In this document: positions 42,452-56,212 of the stretch, piece after piece
Layout of the letters: the number at the start of each line of letters is the position of its first letter
Numbering within the stretch: position 1 is the first letter of the stretch
Assembly: GCA_951406725.2 (NCBI GenBank)
Contig: OX597825.1
Span: 4,588,001-4,652,000 of the forward strand
Reading direction: 5' to 3'
From: Octopus vulgaris
Taxonomy: Eukaryota
Length of the DNA stretch: 64,000 nucleotides
Position numbers and translations under genes: made by a program
Notes under the pieces: generated by a model
The model's input: the letters and a program-made list of their open reading frames with translations, nothing else
The model's database searches: none
Told to the model about the DNA's origin: nothing

Positions 42452-42760
42452 TTGTATGGCTGTGCGATAAGAAGTTTGCTTCTCAATAACATGGTTCTGT
42501 CTTCATACCATCAGCGTAGGACCTCGGGCAAGTGTCTCCTATTAAAGCCCCGGCTCGACCAAACCTTGTGAGGGTTTTGGAAGACGGAAACTGAAAGAAG
42601 ACCGTCGTATAAGTATACATATAATGTGTGCGTGTGTCTGCGTTTGTATTTGCCCCACCTCTGTTTGATAGAGGTGGTTTGTTTACCGCCAAGCAACTTA
42701 GAGGTACGCAAAAGAGACCGAGTAATTACAGGGGTCGATTTGTTTGCTAAATCCTTCAAG
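42452..42760 (+). mobile_element. CORE-type SINE copy
   Basis: ggctgtgcgataagaagtttgct...cctcgggcaagtgtct...gacggaaactgaaagaag...gcaaaagagaccg. Confidence 0.75.
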
Positions 42761-43940
42761 TGGGTATATATATATACACACATATATATATATATATATA
42801 TATATTCATACATACATAAAAATTCCTTAAACACTGCATCTGGAGAAACTTCGAAGTCACTATCAATAACAATTATAATTATCAGACTCTATATTGTAAT
42901 GAATATTTTAATTTACTTAATGGTTGGTGCTTTTATGCTTATAACCACCTACCTTACAGACATACACATACACACATGTCTATATATTTGTTTATGTGTA
43001 TATACGTGTGCTTGTACATATATATCTATGTATTGAGACACACGTATCTACGTATTTGTGTATGTATCCATCCGCTACACATACGAACCCTTGACATTTA
43101 AACAAAAAAAAACATTCTAGTATGTGAGGGCGGTCGATAAAATCGACTACCAATATTTCTTATTTTAACGACCGTTCTATGTGTGGTGCGGTGAGAAGTG
43201 ACAGTGAAAGACTTTACCAGCGGGGATTTGAATTCAATACAGAGAAAGAAGAATAGTCTCTGGTTTAATACATTTAATGATTGATTCTGCCAACTTGCTG
43301 CCATTATTGCTGGAAATATGAAATGACAACTTTTGCAAAGACTACCAGGAATGAAAAGATATTGAAACAATAAAGACAACAAACCATCTTTTTTTATTAT
43401 TATTATCGGTCCCTTTATTTCCTTCGCTTTGTTATTTAATATATGCAAATATTTTATCAGCTGTATACTTGCCTAGAAATGAAAGAAATATAATTTAGCA
43501 AATCTTTTACAATAAAAGCAACAGTTATTGACACAAACAAACACCATACGATCGAACACCACCCACACTCCGATCGCCACAATGTCAATCTTACGTATTG
43601 AAAAATGATCTACTTACTAATCTGTTCGAATCACAAGTCCACATATGTGTGCTCTTTCGTATTTATAGTTCTTTCCCTCCTATTAAAACTACGCCCGCTC
43701 TTTTGAACAAACAGTACCAGTCAGTCTAAATTTGTTTCTAGTTCAATAGTATCACCTGTTTCCCAGGTGTTTTAGGCTGTGTCTACGCTGGTATGGTTAT
43801 CATAGTAGATATTTTGGTCTCAGGATAAATTCGTGTCTTCGTGTAGTGATTCATATTGCATCAGCCAATCAGGCGTGGTTTCTCCTTCGCTTCCTTATCC
43901 TCACCGGAAGTTTTCACGTGTTATATGTGATATATTTCTT

Positions 43941-44162
43941 TATTGCCCACAAGGGGCTAAATATAGAGGGGACAAACAAGGACAGACAAAGGGATTAAGT
44001 CGACTACATCGACCCCAATGTGAAACTGGTACTTTATTTATCGACCCCGAAAGGATGAAAGGCAAAATCGACCTCGGCGGAATTTGAACTCAGAACGTAG
44101 CGACAGACGAAATACCACTAAGCATTTCGCCCGGCATGCTAACGTTTCTGCCAGCTCGCCAC
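43941..44162 (-). mobile_element. OK-like SINE, well-preserved monomer
   Basis: Reverse complement of the first unit at 46527. Confidence 0.9.
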
Positions 44163-44606
44163 CTTCGCGTGTCATGTGTGATAGCTTCCTTCCTCCAACT
44201 ACAAGATACTTTTGAAAATATTAATATTTGCCACCCCCTATCTCACAAGTTATACTTGGCCTTATCAACTACATGATATCTAGCTAATGAAATAGAACGG
44301 GTCAATGTGTACGGAATGGTATCAAGAACCGGCAGTAGCCAATTCTCCATAAATCCACCTTCCATATTAGGTTATGTGATTAAATGTTTCCTGTCTGTAG
44401 CAGAAAGTGGACGGTAATGGACCCAAAATTTGTCGTGAAGAATAGCATTTAGTAAACCATAATCCTATTTTATAATAAGCTTGAACATATGGTGGTGACA
44501 GAAATAATGAGAGTTCGAATGGCTCACACTGAAGAGTTCCTCAATTAGCGATGACCCGGGTTAAACGAAATGGATAACACACACTCGAGTGTGCATACAC
44601 GCACAG

Positions 44607-44678
<72 letters not shown>

Positions 44679-44731
44679 ACTTACACACACACACACACAT
44701 ATACATATATATATATATAAATATACATACA

Positions 44732-44770
<39 letters not shown>

Positions 44771-44913
44771 TGAGTATCTTTCAGTTGCCGTCTACCAAAT
44801 CTACTCACACGTGTATGGGTTCCCGGATGCTATAGTAGGAGAGTACCAGGCAGTGGGTCTGAACCCAGAACCATGAAGTTAGGAAGCAAACTTCTTACCA
44901 TACGACCACGCCT
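44771..44913 (-). mobile_element. CORE-type SINE 5' part, diverged
   Basis: Reverse complement of ggcgtggtcgtatggtaagaagtttgcttcc...gggttcag...gtgagtagatttggtagacggcaactgaaag. Confidence 0.7.
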
Positions 44914-45055
44914 CTATGTGTGTGTGTGTGTGTGTGTGTATGGCCCCAGCATGGCCACAGCCTTAGTGCTGAGACATGTAAAAGATTAAAAGAATAAAAG
45001 AACATGTATGCATGTGTGTATGTATAATTGGATAATTGTTGATGTTGTAGACACA

Positions 45056-45765
45056 AGAGGAAGACGAAGAAGAAGAAGAAGAAGAAGAAGAAGAAGAAGG
45101 AGGACGAGGACGAGGACGAGGACGAGGAAAAGAAGGAGGAGAAGAAAAAGAAGAAGAAGAAGAAGAGGAAGACGAAGAAGAAGAAGAAGAAGAAGAAGAA
45201 GAAGAAGAAGAAGAAGAAGAAGGAGGAGGACGAGGAGGACGAGGAGGACGAGGAGGAGGACGAGGAAAAGAAGGAGGAGAAGAAAAAGAAGAAGAAGAAG
45301 AGGAAGACGAAGAAGAAGAAGAAAAGAAGAAGAAGAAGGAGAAGAAGAAATGATGATGATGATGATGAGGAGGAGGAGGAGGAGGAGAAGAAAAAGAAGA
45401 AGAAGAAGAAGAAAAAGAAGAAGAAGAAGAAGAAGAAGAAGAAAAGAAGAAGAAGAAGGAGAAGAAGAAATGATGATGATGAGGAGGAGGAGGAGGAGGA
45501 GGAGAAGAAAAAGAAGAAGAAGAAGAAGAAGAAGAGGAAGACGAAGAAGAAGAAGAAAAGAAGAAGAAGAAGGAGAAGAAGAAATGATGATGATGATGAG
45601 GAGGAGGAGGAGGAGGAGAAGAAAAAGAAGAAGAAGAAGAAGAAGAAGAAGAGAAGACGAAGAAGAAGAAGAAAAGAAGAAGAAGAAGGAGAAGAAGAAA
45701 TGATGATGATGATGAGGAGGAGGAGGAGGAGGAGGAGGAGGAGGAGGAGGAGGTGAAGGAGGGGG
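45056..45765. repeat. Polypurine trinucleotide array (GAA/GAG/GAT/GAC) with higher-order units
   Basis: The block ...gaaggagaagaagaaatgatgatg...gaggagg... recurs four times at about 115-125 bp spacing. Confidence 0.95.
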
Positions 45766-46526
45766 AAGCTTGTGAAGTTATTAATGTAGATGCTATTGGC
45801 TGTGTTGTAGTTAAGACATTACATTCGTAGGTGCCACATTTCTTGAAAAAATCTGTTCCTTCTTTCTTAACCATCCATATTTGTTGCTAGTTAACATTTC
45901 TCTCTAAATTCTGCTTTTTCCTCTAATCACGTTTGAGATAAAAAAAAAAAATTCACCTTGTTATACACATGTAAAAAGAATTTATATTATTTTATCTCTG
46001 CTCGACGATTGTAAAGAAATCGAAGCGAATAATTGGTGTCAACCGTTTTAAATAACAATGGAGAAATAAGAAATTATATTTTTACACATGCCAGCACACA
46101 TTGTGGTGCCTTAGAAGCAGACACATTGATATGTAAGTGGTATAAGTAGTAATTAATTAAGGATCTTCTCTCTTGATTCAAAAATAACACGTTTAATTCT
46201 ATTAATGCATTACATACTAATGAATCGACTTCGTGTTATTGAATTAGTTTATTTCATTACATCTCAGAGTGCTCTACTTTGGAAGGCTATGCTAATTGTG
46301 GCAGACAATTAGTATGAACTGATTAGTCGTTAAACATAAATGAAAGGTCTTTTATAGAAATTCTTGGAGGGAAATCAACAGGGAAACTTCCGCCCAAGGG
46401 CCCACCAGTAATGCGCTGGCATTTTGTTTATTACCTATCATTCAATGTTTCCTGTGTTTGTCGCTGGTTTTTCACTTTCGAACTTAGGTGTTTTTCTTTC
46501 ACTAAAAATGAAAGCTTTACTATAAA

Positions 46527-47022
46527 GGCGGCGAGCTGGCAGAAACGTTAGCACATCGGGTGAAGTGCTTAGCGGTGGTTCCTCTGCCGCTACGTTCTGA
46601 GTTCAAATTCCGCCGAGGTCGACTTTGCCTTTCATCCTTTCGGGGTCGATTAAATAAGTAACAGTTACGCACTGGGGTCGATATAATCGACTTAATCCAT
46701 TTGTCTGTCCTTGTTTGTCTCCTCTGTGTTTCGCCCCTTGTAGGTAGTAAAGAAATAGAAATAGGTATGTCGTCTGCCGATACGTTCTGAGTTCAAATTC
46801 CGTCGAGGTCGACTTTACCTTTCATCCTTTCGGGGTCGATTAAATAAGTAACAGTTATGCACTGGGGTCGATATAATCGACTTAATCCCTTTGTCTGTCC
46901 TTTTTATCCTATCTGTGTTTAGCCCCTTGTGGACAATAAAGAATTAAGAAACGTTAGCATGCCTGGCAAAATGCTTAGAAGTATTCCGTCTTCCGCTACG
47001 TTCTGAGATCAACTTCCGCCGG
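46527..47022 (+). mobile_element. OK-like SINE, dimeric form plus a partial third unit
   Basis: Full head ggcggcgagctggcagaaacgttagc. The second unit restarts at gaaataggtatgtcgtctgccg (about 46760) and a third partial unit at about 46948. Confidence 0.9.
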
Positions 47023-47029
47023 TAGTTTC

Positions 47030-47875
47030 TGCAAGGACATATTTCCCCTTTTGCAAACTGAGACAACAGACTGGGACAGAAAGTTTTCAGGAATATTGCT
47101 AGCATCCAGTGAGTTTCTCCACAGATTAGCAAGAGGAAATGCAAGTTGGTGTCGATACACCTTCAGGACACAATCAGGGAATCTATCAGGACATGTTGCT
47201 GAATTGCGTTTAATTTCGTTTATTGGCGCTAAGACATAAGAGCCGCCAGGCGTTATGTCCGATATAGTGTGTTAGGGAATAGCATCACTGATACAGCTCA
47301 GACCGGCCATATCAGGATTGCTGAAAACAGATTAGTATTGTTTCTGCAGTATCTCACTCAAAATTTAGGCATTATCTTGAAGAGTGTCATTCTCATCAAT
47401 TACAGGGCTAACAGTGGACACAGTGACCCTGTGCTTCTTTTGCAAAAAACGAAGAACACTTTGGGGTTGATTTTGATTCTCTGAGTGGCCGATTTCTCCT
47501 CAGATGATCTTTGGTTATTGATGATGGTCTTCTTGTATTGTTGGAGATTATATTTATTTGATTCGAGCAGGCCGATGACCATCGAATATATCACTGTTGG
47601 CAGTATTTTAGATCGGTAAATTTTTTGCGTGTTCTTTTGCGTATTCTTCTAACAATAGTTTTTGTTTTGGGCAAATCTGAACTTAGTTTTATTCATAGGT
47701 GTTGGAGGGGTGTGTTTTGCACAAATATTTGTGACAGTGTCTATAAAGGTCTTGCCAATATATTTTGATGCTGGAAAAGGTGTGTGCAGACTGAAAGACC
47801 ACTCAGCACGTGATAGCTCGCTCATGATTGAGTTCCAGTCGGCATTATAGAGATCCATGTTACCAAATTGGGTGG
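47030..47875 (-). pseudogene. Degraded CR1-group LINE ORF2 (EN-RT linker region)
   Basis: Minus-strand pieces DLYNADWNSIMSELSRAEW...FIDTVTNICAKHTP and QRIKINPKVFFVFCKR resemble the KADW...dW...i..nPK.F..y motifs of LINE ORF2. Confidence 0.65.
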
Positions 47876-47881
47876 CTGCAG

Positions 47882-47959
<78 letters not shown>

Positions 47960-48183
47960 AAGTTGTATATGTTTATATGCAGTTTACTATTTGGCTGAGG
48001 TATAGCACTTCATTTTCTAAGCTCCGAGGAAGCCAGAAGGTGATGGACGTGTCCTCAACAATGAGTGCACTGTGTCTTTTAGCAGAAGCATCTGTAAGCT
48101 AAAGGAAGTTCATTTTATAACCTCCTCTTCCTTAATCATTTGCTTACTTTCATTATGTATGTATGTGTAAGTATATATATATA

Positions 48184-48576
48184 GGCGCAGGAGTGGCTGT
48201 GGGGTAAGTAGCATGCTTATCAACAACATGGTTCCGGGTTCAGTCCCACTGCATGGCACCTTGGGCAAGTGTCTTCTAATATAGTCTCGGGCCGACCAAA
48301 GCCTTGTGAGTGGATTTGGTAGACGGAAACTACATACGTGTGTGTGTTTGTGTGTCTGTGTTTCCCCACCACCACCACCAACAACAACAACTACATTGCT
48401 TGAAAACCGATGCTGATGTGTTTACACCCCCGCAACATAGCGGTTTGGCAAAAGAGACCGATATAACTAGCAAGTACTAGGCTTACAAAGAATAAGCCCT
48501 GGGGTCGATTTACTCGACTAAAGGCGTTGCTCCAGCGTAGCCGCAGTGAAATAACTGAAACAAGTAAAAAAAAAAA
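48184..48576 (+). mobile_element. tRNA-derived CORE-type SINE (octopus OR-like), near full length
   Basis: tRNA-like head (ggcgcaggagtggctgtg..gtaag...ccgggttcagtccc), CORE-like gcaccttgggcaagtgtctt, internal microsatellite, and tail gctccagcgtagccgcagt..aactgaaacaagtaaaa. Confidence 0.85.
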
Positions 48577-49320
48577 CACACACACATATATATATATATC
48601 AAAATAAATAGTCGCAAACTAATAGAAGTGCGCATGCGTATTTACAACTACGTCCATCTACGTGTAGTCTCCAGAAAGGTTGGCATAGTTTAGGCATAAA
48701 CTAGTGTAATCCTTAATAAGAAATAAAAGAAATAGTATAACTTCAAAACAATGATATGATATGATGTCTTTCAACTAATATAGTTGCTTCCAGGAATATT
48801 CGAGAATAAACTGTTACGTATCTTTTGGATTTTTCGAGAATTTCTTCTTCTTTTTTTCTTTTTTTTTTGCTAATATGTTTATTTACTTCGTTTTGTTTTT
48901 AACGTATCACATTTGTATTTGTACTGAAGTGAAAAGCGGTTTTGTAAGAGGACGAAGCGCGAGTCGTAGAGAGACGCAGAGGGAGAGAATGTTTGAGAAG
49001 AGAAAGAAACGAATGTCTTATTAATTGAAAGGTGGGGGGGGGGGAGTTACAGGCGAAAAGAAGTTTAGATTGAAAACGATGGATATGAGATAACGGATGG
49101 ATAAATAGGTCCCAACATACACACACATATATACATATACATACAAGCGTACGTACATGCATATATGAGAGTATGCATACATACACACACACACATGTAC
49201 ATCATATATATACAAGCAAATATACACACACACAGATATATATATATATACATACATAGTGTGGAGATAGTGGCAGGCAGATAGACTGACAGACAGATAT
49301 ATATATATATATATATATAT

Positions 49321-49321
<1 letters not shown>

Positions 49322-49368
<47 letters not shown>

Positions 49369-49387
49369 GTGGATAGATAGATAGATA
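49322..49387. repeat. (GATA)n tract at the LINE 3' junction
   Basis: Read directly from the sequence. Confidence 0.95.
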
Positions 49388-52300
49388 TGTTTCTTTATTA
49401 GCCACACAGGGCTGCACACAGATAGAACAAATTACAAGGTAGAGCTTTTCTTTTGAAGGTTTAAAAAAAAAAAAAAAAAAAAAAAAGAAGGAAGGGGGAG
49501 TTTCGATCAAAAGGGATCGTAAAAGGAGAGAAAGAGGACAAAAAAAGGGGGTTAAAAAAAAGGGGGAGAGGAAAAAAAAAATGATCAATAGGGATCGTTA
49601 TCACAGAAATGTCAATATGAAGTGTAAAGGGGAGGACAGGTGAGGTTTACCCGTGGAAAGAAAACCCTACGGAAAAGACCACGGTAACTTCGGTCAATGG
49701 AGTCACATGTTATATTTCTTTTTTTTTTTTTTGCAAATAAGCAACTCTCTGTTTTCAATTTCTGGGTTCATAGGATCATGCTCAAGGTGGCTTCGTCATT
49801 CATACGTGCCATTCTTGCTACATTCACCCATCTTTTTTTAAAACATTCGCTAGACAAAACTTGCCTCTCTACTCTCACTTTCCTTTTCAAGTTGTACTTG
49901 AAGAAGTTGATGAGAGATTGACCAGAGAGGAAAGTGTTTGTCTCCAATCCTTTCAGACGCGTCCACCAGATACATTCTTTCGCCATAGCCACAAGGATGA
50001 TGAAAATAGCTCTTCCTTCCCGTTTGAAGGAGGGAGGCGTGACAATATTAACGATAGACTCAGCTGATAAACCGACTCGTCCCACACGTGACAGCAGTTG
50101 TTCGACACAAGCCCACAGGTGGGAAATTGTTGGACACTGCACGAGTGCGTGCAGAACGGTTTCGTCGCTCTGACCGCATCTCGGGCAGGTCGGCCCCGTA
50201 TTTCTCGAGCCGTGTCTGTAGAGCTTATCCCGACGGGGAGCGCTTCTCGGTAGCACTGCCAGGCCAGGGATCTCTGGAAGTTGTCCATGGGCCCTGGCCC
50301 GAAAGTCGTCCTGAACAGGCGGGTTAGGTACACCTCGTCGACGTCCAGGTTCGCCCCGAGCTCGTCGTCGTACCTCCCCTCCACTAAACCCCTATAGAAT
50401 GCTTTGGTTGTGTTGAAGTCACTCAAGGTCGACCCAGGACGGCAGAGTTGCTTGAGAGCAACGCGACACTCGCGGTGCCATTCGCCCTTCCTCGGCCTCT
50501 TTTTGATCCCCGACTGCAGTTCGGTCTTGGAGACGAGCTGCGGGAAAGCGTGCCTCACAAACGGCGACCACACCTGTTCACCGTCGTCTACATTGAGCCA
50601 GAGATGTCGCAGTCTCAGCGCGTGTCTGCGCATCATCAACCACGGCATGCCCAGCCCTCCTTTTAACGGGTGTTGACAGCAAATGGATCGCCTGACCATC
50701 GGGACGCATCCTTTCCACAAGAAGCGAAAGAGAATGCGTTGTAGTTTGGTGATGGTAGGGTCGGGACAAGGTACGACGGTCAGGCGGTAGTAGATGACGG
50801 ACGCGATGTACGTGTTCGCCACCTCCGCCCGACCTTTTAGGGACAGTTTCCTCTCGGCCCATTGCCGGGCGAGAGTGACCACCCTACTCGTTATCTCGTT
50901 CCAGTTCTTCTCCACTTGAGACCCCGAGCAACTCAACCGGGCCGTCGGTCCAGCGTCCCACGACGGAGGCGCTGGTGGACGGCATGGGTTTGCTTCTCCA
51001 GGTGCCTAGTCGCAAGCCCACTGACTTTTCCCGGTTGATTTTCGCTCCTGTCACCGCTTCGTAGTTTTTCAGTGTCTCGCCGACCTGCTCGATGTGCTCG
51101 TGGCTAGACACTATGACGGTGACGTCCTCCGCGTATGCAGACACGCTCGTCCCGCATCCCAGTTCTCGCGGGATGCCTCTCAAGGTTGCCAGCTTCCGCA
51201 ATAATGGCTCGAGAGTCAATACGTATAGAAGCGACGAGAGGGGGCATCCCTGACGGACCGAACGTGCGATGTCGAAGGGTCTCGATAGATGTCCATTCAC
51301 GCGAATTACCGAACGGATGCCTCTGTACAAAGCGGCTATCCAGCCGCGGAAGACGGGACCGAAGCCAGCCGTTCCGAGGACCGCCTCCAAGTATCGATGG
51401 TCCACCCTATCGAAAGCTTTCGATTGATCCAAATTGATCAGCGCCCCACCCATGCCAGGTTCGTTAACTACCCTGTCTATGATGTAGCGCATCAGGTGGA
51501 GGTTGTCATGGATGGTCCGGCCTGGCACGGCGCATGTTTGCGCCCTGTCGACCAGTTTCTCGATGACAAGCGCCAACCTCTTGGCTAGCACCTTGGCCAA
51601 AATTTTCAAGTCTGCATTAAGCAGAGTGATGGGCCTAAAGTTATCTATTACATTTCCCTTGTTTAGATCTTTCTTCAGCAGTGTTACGGCTCCTCGGCTC
51701 ACAAAACCAGGAATGCTCCCGTTTTGCTGCCAGTTGCAGTACACCGCCGCCAAGAGATCTCCAAACAAGTCTGGCATACAATTGTAAAGCTCGTAGGGTA
51801 GACCATCCAAACCCGGTGATTTGTCCCCCGAGCATTCTGCCATCGCTTCCTGCACTTCCGCCGCCGTGATGGCACCTTCGCAGCACCCTGCCTTTCTTGT
51901 CGAGAGTCGTGGTAGGCTATGTAGGTAGGCACTGAAGTCCACCCTACGTTCTTGCCCTCCACTCGTTCCGAACAGTCGGGCAAAATGCTGCTGAAAGGCC
52001 TCACACATTTTACTTGGCTCGAGCAATTCGCGCCCCTGTTCATCTACCAGGGACCGAATGGTGGCTTTGTTGCCCTGTTGCGCCTCTGCCACCCGGGCCT
52101 CTCTCGCGGCTCCAACACCTTCGTTCCTTAGAGCACGCATCCTAGCTCTGACAGCACATCCTTCGTGTTTGGCGTTGAAGTGTTGGTCGAGGGCCAACCT
52201 CGCCGCCAAAACGTCGGATGCGATGCCGCTTCTAATTGCCTCTTCTAGCTTCTTAACTAGCTCACCCTCTACTCTATTTCTATCTATGGCTAGTGCTTTG

Positions 52301-52662
52301 CTGTACCTAATCGCTTCTGCTTTTACTGCTCTCTTGAGGGCAAACCACCATTTGTTGTTGATGATGGCTCCCGTCAAAGCCCTCTTTACTAGTGTGCTAA
52401 TCCGGTCTCTGAAAACATGTCTCGATGGGAAAGACGCGTTTAGTTTCCAGTATCCGGGACCCTGCCTAAGTGTCTTACCTAAGTCTAGCGTACATGTCAC
52501 AAGTTTGTGATCCGTGTAGCTGACTATGTGGAATTGTGGACATCCTATGCTATCTCTGTCTACTGTCCTACACAGTATCCTATCTAGATACGATCTCGAC
52601 GACCCGATGCGGTTGCTCCATGTCCACGTTGGCGCATTCGGGTGGTCTAGTCGGAACCTGTC
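49388..52662 (-). mobile_element. 5'-truncated Tx1/L1-clade non-LTR retrotransposon
   Basis: GC-rich 3.3-kb island with ORF2 domains EN end, RT and C-terminal zinc finger. The 3' UTR has T-rich tracts and AATAAA (49394-49399, minus). (TATC)n abuts both ends. Confidence 0.93.
49768..52662 (-). pseudogene. LINE ORF2 (APE C-terminus, reverse transcriptase, CCHC finger) with two frameshifts
   Basis: EN motifs TWTW...SYLDRI...TDHKL and GPGYWKLNAS. RT motifs KSPGLDGLPYE, FRPITLLNADLKILAK, LDQSKAFDRVDH, SVRQGCPLS and YAED (YADD mutated). C-terminal CPRCGQSDETVLHALVQC. Frameshifts lie near 50930 and 50235. Confidence 0.93.
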
Positions 52663-52895
<233 letters not shown>

Positions 52896-52949
52896 AAACA
52901 TGATATATATATAGGTATACAGTGAGAGAGAGAGAGAGGGAGAGAGAGA

Positions 52950-52995
<46 letters not shown>

Positions 52996-53292
52996 CAAGC
53001 AGGTAGACAGGCGGACGTTCGGATACACAGCTAGAGCGACAGATAAATAACAGCAATCAAAGTACGATAAAAAAAAGATGTGAAGGACAAGATAGGACGA
53101 AATAAAGGATGAAAGAAGAACAATTGAATGAAATACTGCTACAATCGAAGTTTGAGTACCTGTGAGAGAAGAGATGTAAACAGAGAGAATGGAAGAAACG
53201 GAGACAGAATAGAAAGAAACAAGAAGAAACTATGTCAGAAGGTGAAAGAGAAAAATAAGACTGATTTGCTCAATGGTTGAGAAATTGCCTAT

Positions 53293-53337
<45 letters not shown>

Positions 53338-53522
53338 AAGAGATAGAGACAGAGAGAGAGAGACAGAAATGAGAGAGAGAGAGAGAAGAAAGAGAGAGAG
53401 AGAGAAGTAGAGAGAAAAGAAAGAGTAGCAGAAGGAATTGATAAAAGAAAACGCAGAAAAGTTCTAGAGATGGAGGTAAACAAAGATGAGGGACATCAAC
53501 AGATAGACAGACAGACAGCATC

Positions 53523-53608
<86 letters not shown>

Positions 53609-53753
53609 CCTGTCTGTCTCTCTGTCTGTCTGCCAGTATTTATGTCGGTCTATCTATGTATGTATGTAAGTATGCATGTAAAGAAATGCAAAGTCGTACC
53701 TCTATATATATATCTATGTACATCCGCAAATATATACACACATACACAGAGGT

Positions 53754-53816
<63 letters not shown>

Positions 53817-54486
53817 ACCACTACGCATACACACATACACACACGAAAATACACATATATACATACACACACACACACTGCAAACAAAACAGACACACTA
53901 CATATACATACACACACACACATACTTCAAACTACCACTACCTTCTACTGACCATTCTCCTACGTACATGTGTAGGTAGACACACAACAGGAGACACCCC
54001 TACCAAAATTTTTACTATAAATTCTTCCTGACCTTAAACGATACTAAGTCCAGCCACACACTTAGATAAACAGCCACAACCAAACACACACACACATATG
54101 CGTGCTATCATTACACACACACAGACCTGCGCGCATGCACATACCCACACAGACACACACATGCCACCTTCTCTTGCACTCTCCTGTCTTTGAAAGAACT
54201 TTTTCTTCACCCATTCCCTTCCGGTCATTTCAATATGTGACCCCATGTGTATCGTTGGCGATTTATTAGCAGTATAATCTTCGCACATATTTACACTAAG
54301 ATTATCTTCGACCGTCATCAGATAATTATAACGGGTAACTCAGAGTAACAATTTATCAGGAATTACTTAATAAACTTTAAGACTCCAACGTGTATATTAT
54401 ATTACACATGCGTACCGAACAAAAATATACAGGCGCTTACAAAGTTTTTCTTGTGTGTGTGCGTGTGTATATAAATAAATAAATAC

Positions 54487-54539
<53 letters not shown>

Positions 54540-54620
54540 CATATATTATATGCTAGACCACTTGTGATAAAATTGATATTATCAAATTAATATCCAATTT
54601 TTCACCCTCATTTTGATTCT

Positions 54621-54671
<51 letters not shown>

Positions 54672-54689
54672 CATATATATATATATTCT

Positions 54690-54933
54690 ATATGTTTCAG
54701 CCCTGAAGCTGCGGCCATGCTGGGGCACTGCCAGTGTAATCGCCTTCTAATTGGCCAATTCTATGGGATTGGTCTTTGGAGAAGGAGGGAATTCGATACC
54801 GCTGACCTCGTTTGACATTCCTGTCTTGATATTGGTTCATCTTGAATCTTGGATAGCAAGCGGTCAAGTTGTATCTTGATAGCACCTATTTCCATTCCAT
54901 GGAGATCTCTCAGATATTTCGGCAAGGAGTTAA
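54690..54933 (-). mobile_element. 3' end of a CR1-group LINE (ORF2 C-terminus and tail)
   Basis: Minus strand translates to FNSLPKYLRDLHGMEIGAIKIQLDRLLSKIQDEPISRQECQTRSAVSNS. The tail reads gtgccccagcatggccgcagcttcagggctgaaac. Confidence 0.75.
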
Positions 54934-54947
54934 ATAATAATAATGAT

Positions 54948-54988
<41 letters not shown>

Positions 54989-54989
54989 C

Positions 54990-55081
<92 letters not shown>

Positions 55082-55100
55082 TAACGTGACAAATCTATGA

Positions 55101-55303
55101 CACACATGGTTAATGCAGCGAATATAAGAAAAATAGTAAATATATTTTGATAAGTAGTTGTGTACAGTAAACTTTGCTGACGATCCTAAGTGCTAACGCA
55201 CAAAAGATGAGTCCAATTGATGCCCATTTATCTTTTCTTTACTTTCTGGTTTTTGCAAAGTTAAGGTCTATTTTTCTTATATTCGCTGCATTTACCGTGC
55301 GTG
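55101..55303. repeat. 36-bp imperfect inverted repeat enclosing about 130 bp (MITE-like)
   Basis: cacacatggttaatgcagcgaatataagaaaaatag pairs with ctatttttcttatattcgctgcatttaccgtgcgtg. Confidence 0.75.
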
Positions 55304-55579
55304 TTTACTTATAGTGAAAGATTCGTACTTTTCGAGTGTTGTCTCCTGTTTCTAGCAAGTTGGTTTGTGTTTCGGTACCCTTATTTATTTCTATATATTT
55401 TTTCTCTTTTAAGATTAAGTTTGCTGGCCATTTTGTTATAATTAGTTTATTTAATAATGCTAATAATACTTCTTTATTAAAATTGAAACTTTAACTTGCT
55501 CACTTTATGTACGTTTTTCAATGTCGCGAGAGCATTCAGGTGAACAGACACGGTACCCTTATTTATTTGCAAACATAAA

Positions 55580-56095
55580 TATGTATGCATGTATGTATGT
55601 AAGTATGTATATATGTATGTATATGTATGTATGTATGTATATATGTATGTATGTATGTGTGTGTATGTATGTATATGTATGGATGTATGTATATGTATGT
55701 ATGTATGTATGTATGCATGTATATGTATGTATGTATGTAAGCATGTATATGTATGTATGTATGTATGCATGTATATGCATGTATGTATGCATGTATATGT
55801 ATGTATGCATGTATATGTATGTATGTATGTATGTAGGTATGTATGTATGTAGGTATGTATGTATGTATGTATGTATGTATGTATGTATGCATGTATGTAT
55901 GTATGTGTATGTATGTATGTATGTATGCATGTATGTATGTATGCATGCATGTATGTATGCATGTATGTATGTATGTGTGTGTTTGTATGTGTGTGTATGT
56001 ATGCATATGTGTATGTATGCATGTACGTATGTATGTATGTATGTATGTATATATTTATGTATATGTATGTATGTATGTATATGTATGTATGTATG

Positions 56096-56127
<32 letters not shown>

Positions 56128-56212
56128 TATATGTATGTATATGTATGTATGCATGTGTATGTATGTATGTATGTATATGTATGTATGTATGTATGTATAT
56201 GTATGTATGTAT
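55580..56212. repeat. (TATG)n-based microsatellite
   Basis: Read directly from the sequence. Confidence 0.95.

Noticed and set aside
44963-45874. 303-aa Ser/Pro-rich and 231-aa Arg/Glu-rich (protamine-like) ORFs
   Set aside because: They derive from the trinucleotide array, are open on both strands and show no gene context.
46527-46615. tRNA-like A/B boxes in the dispersed repeats
   Set aside because: They are SINE heads; no complete cloverleaf was seen, so no tRNA gene is called.
50088-52510. Plus-strand ORFs overlapping the LINE
   Set aside because: They are antisense shadows of the GC-rich ORF2.
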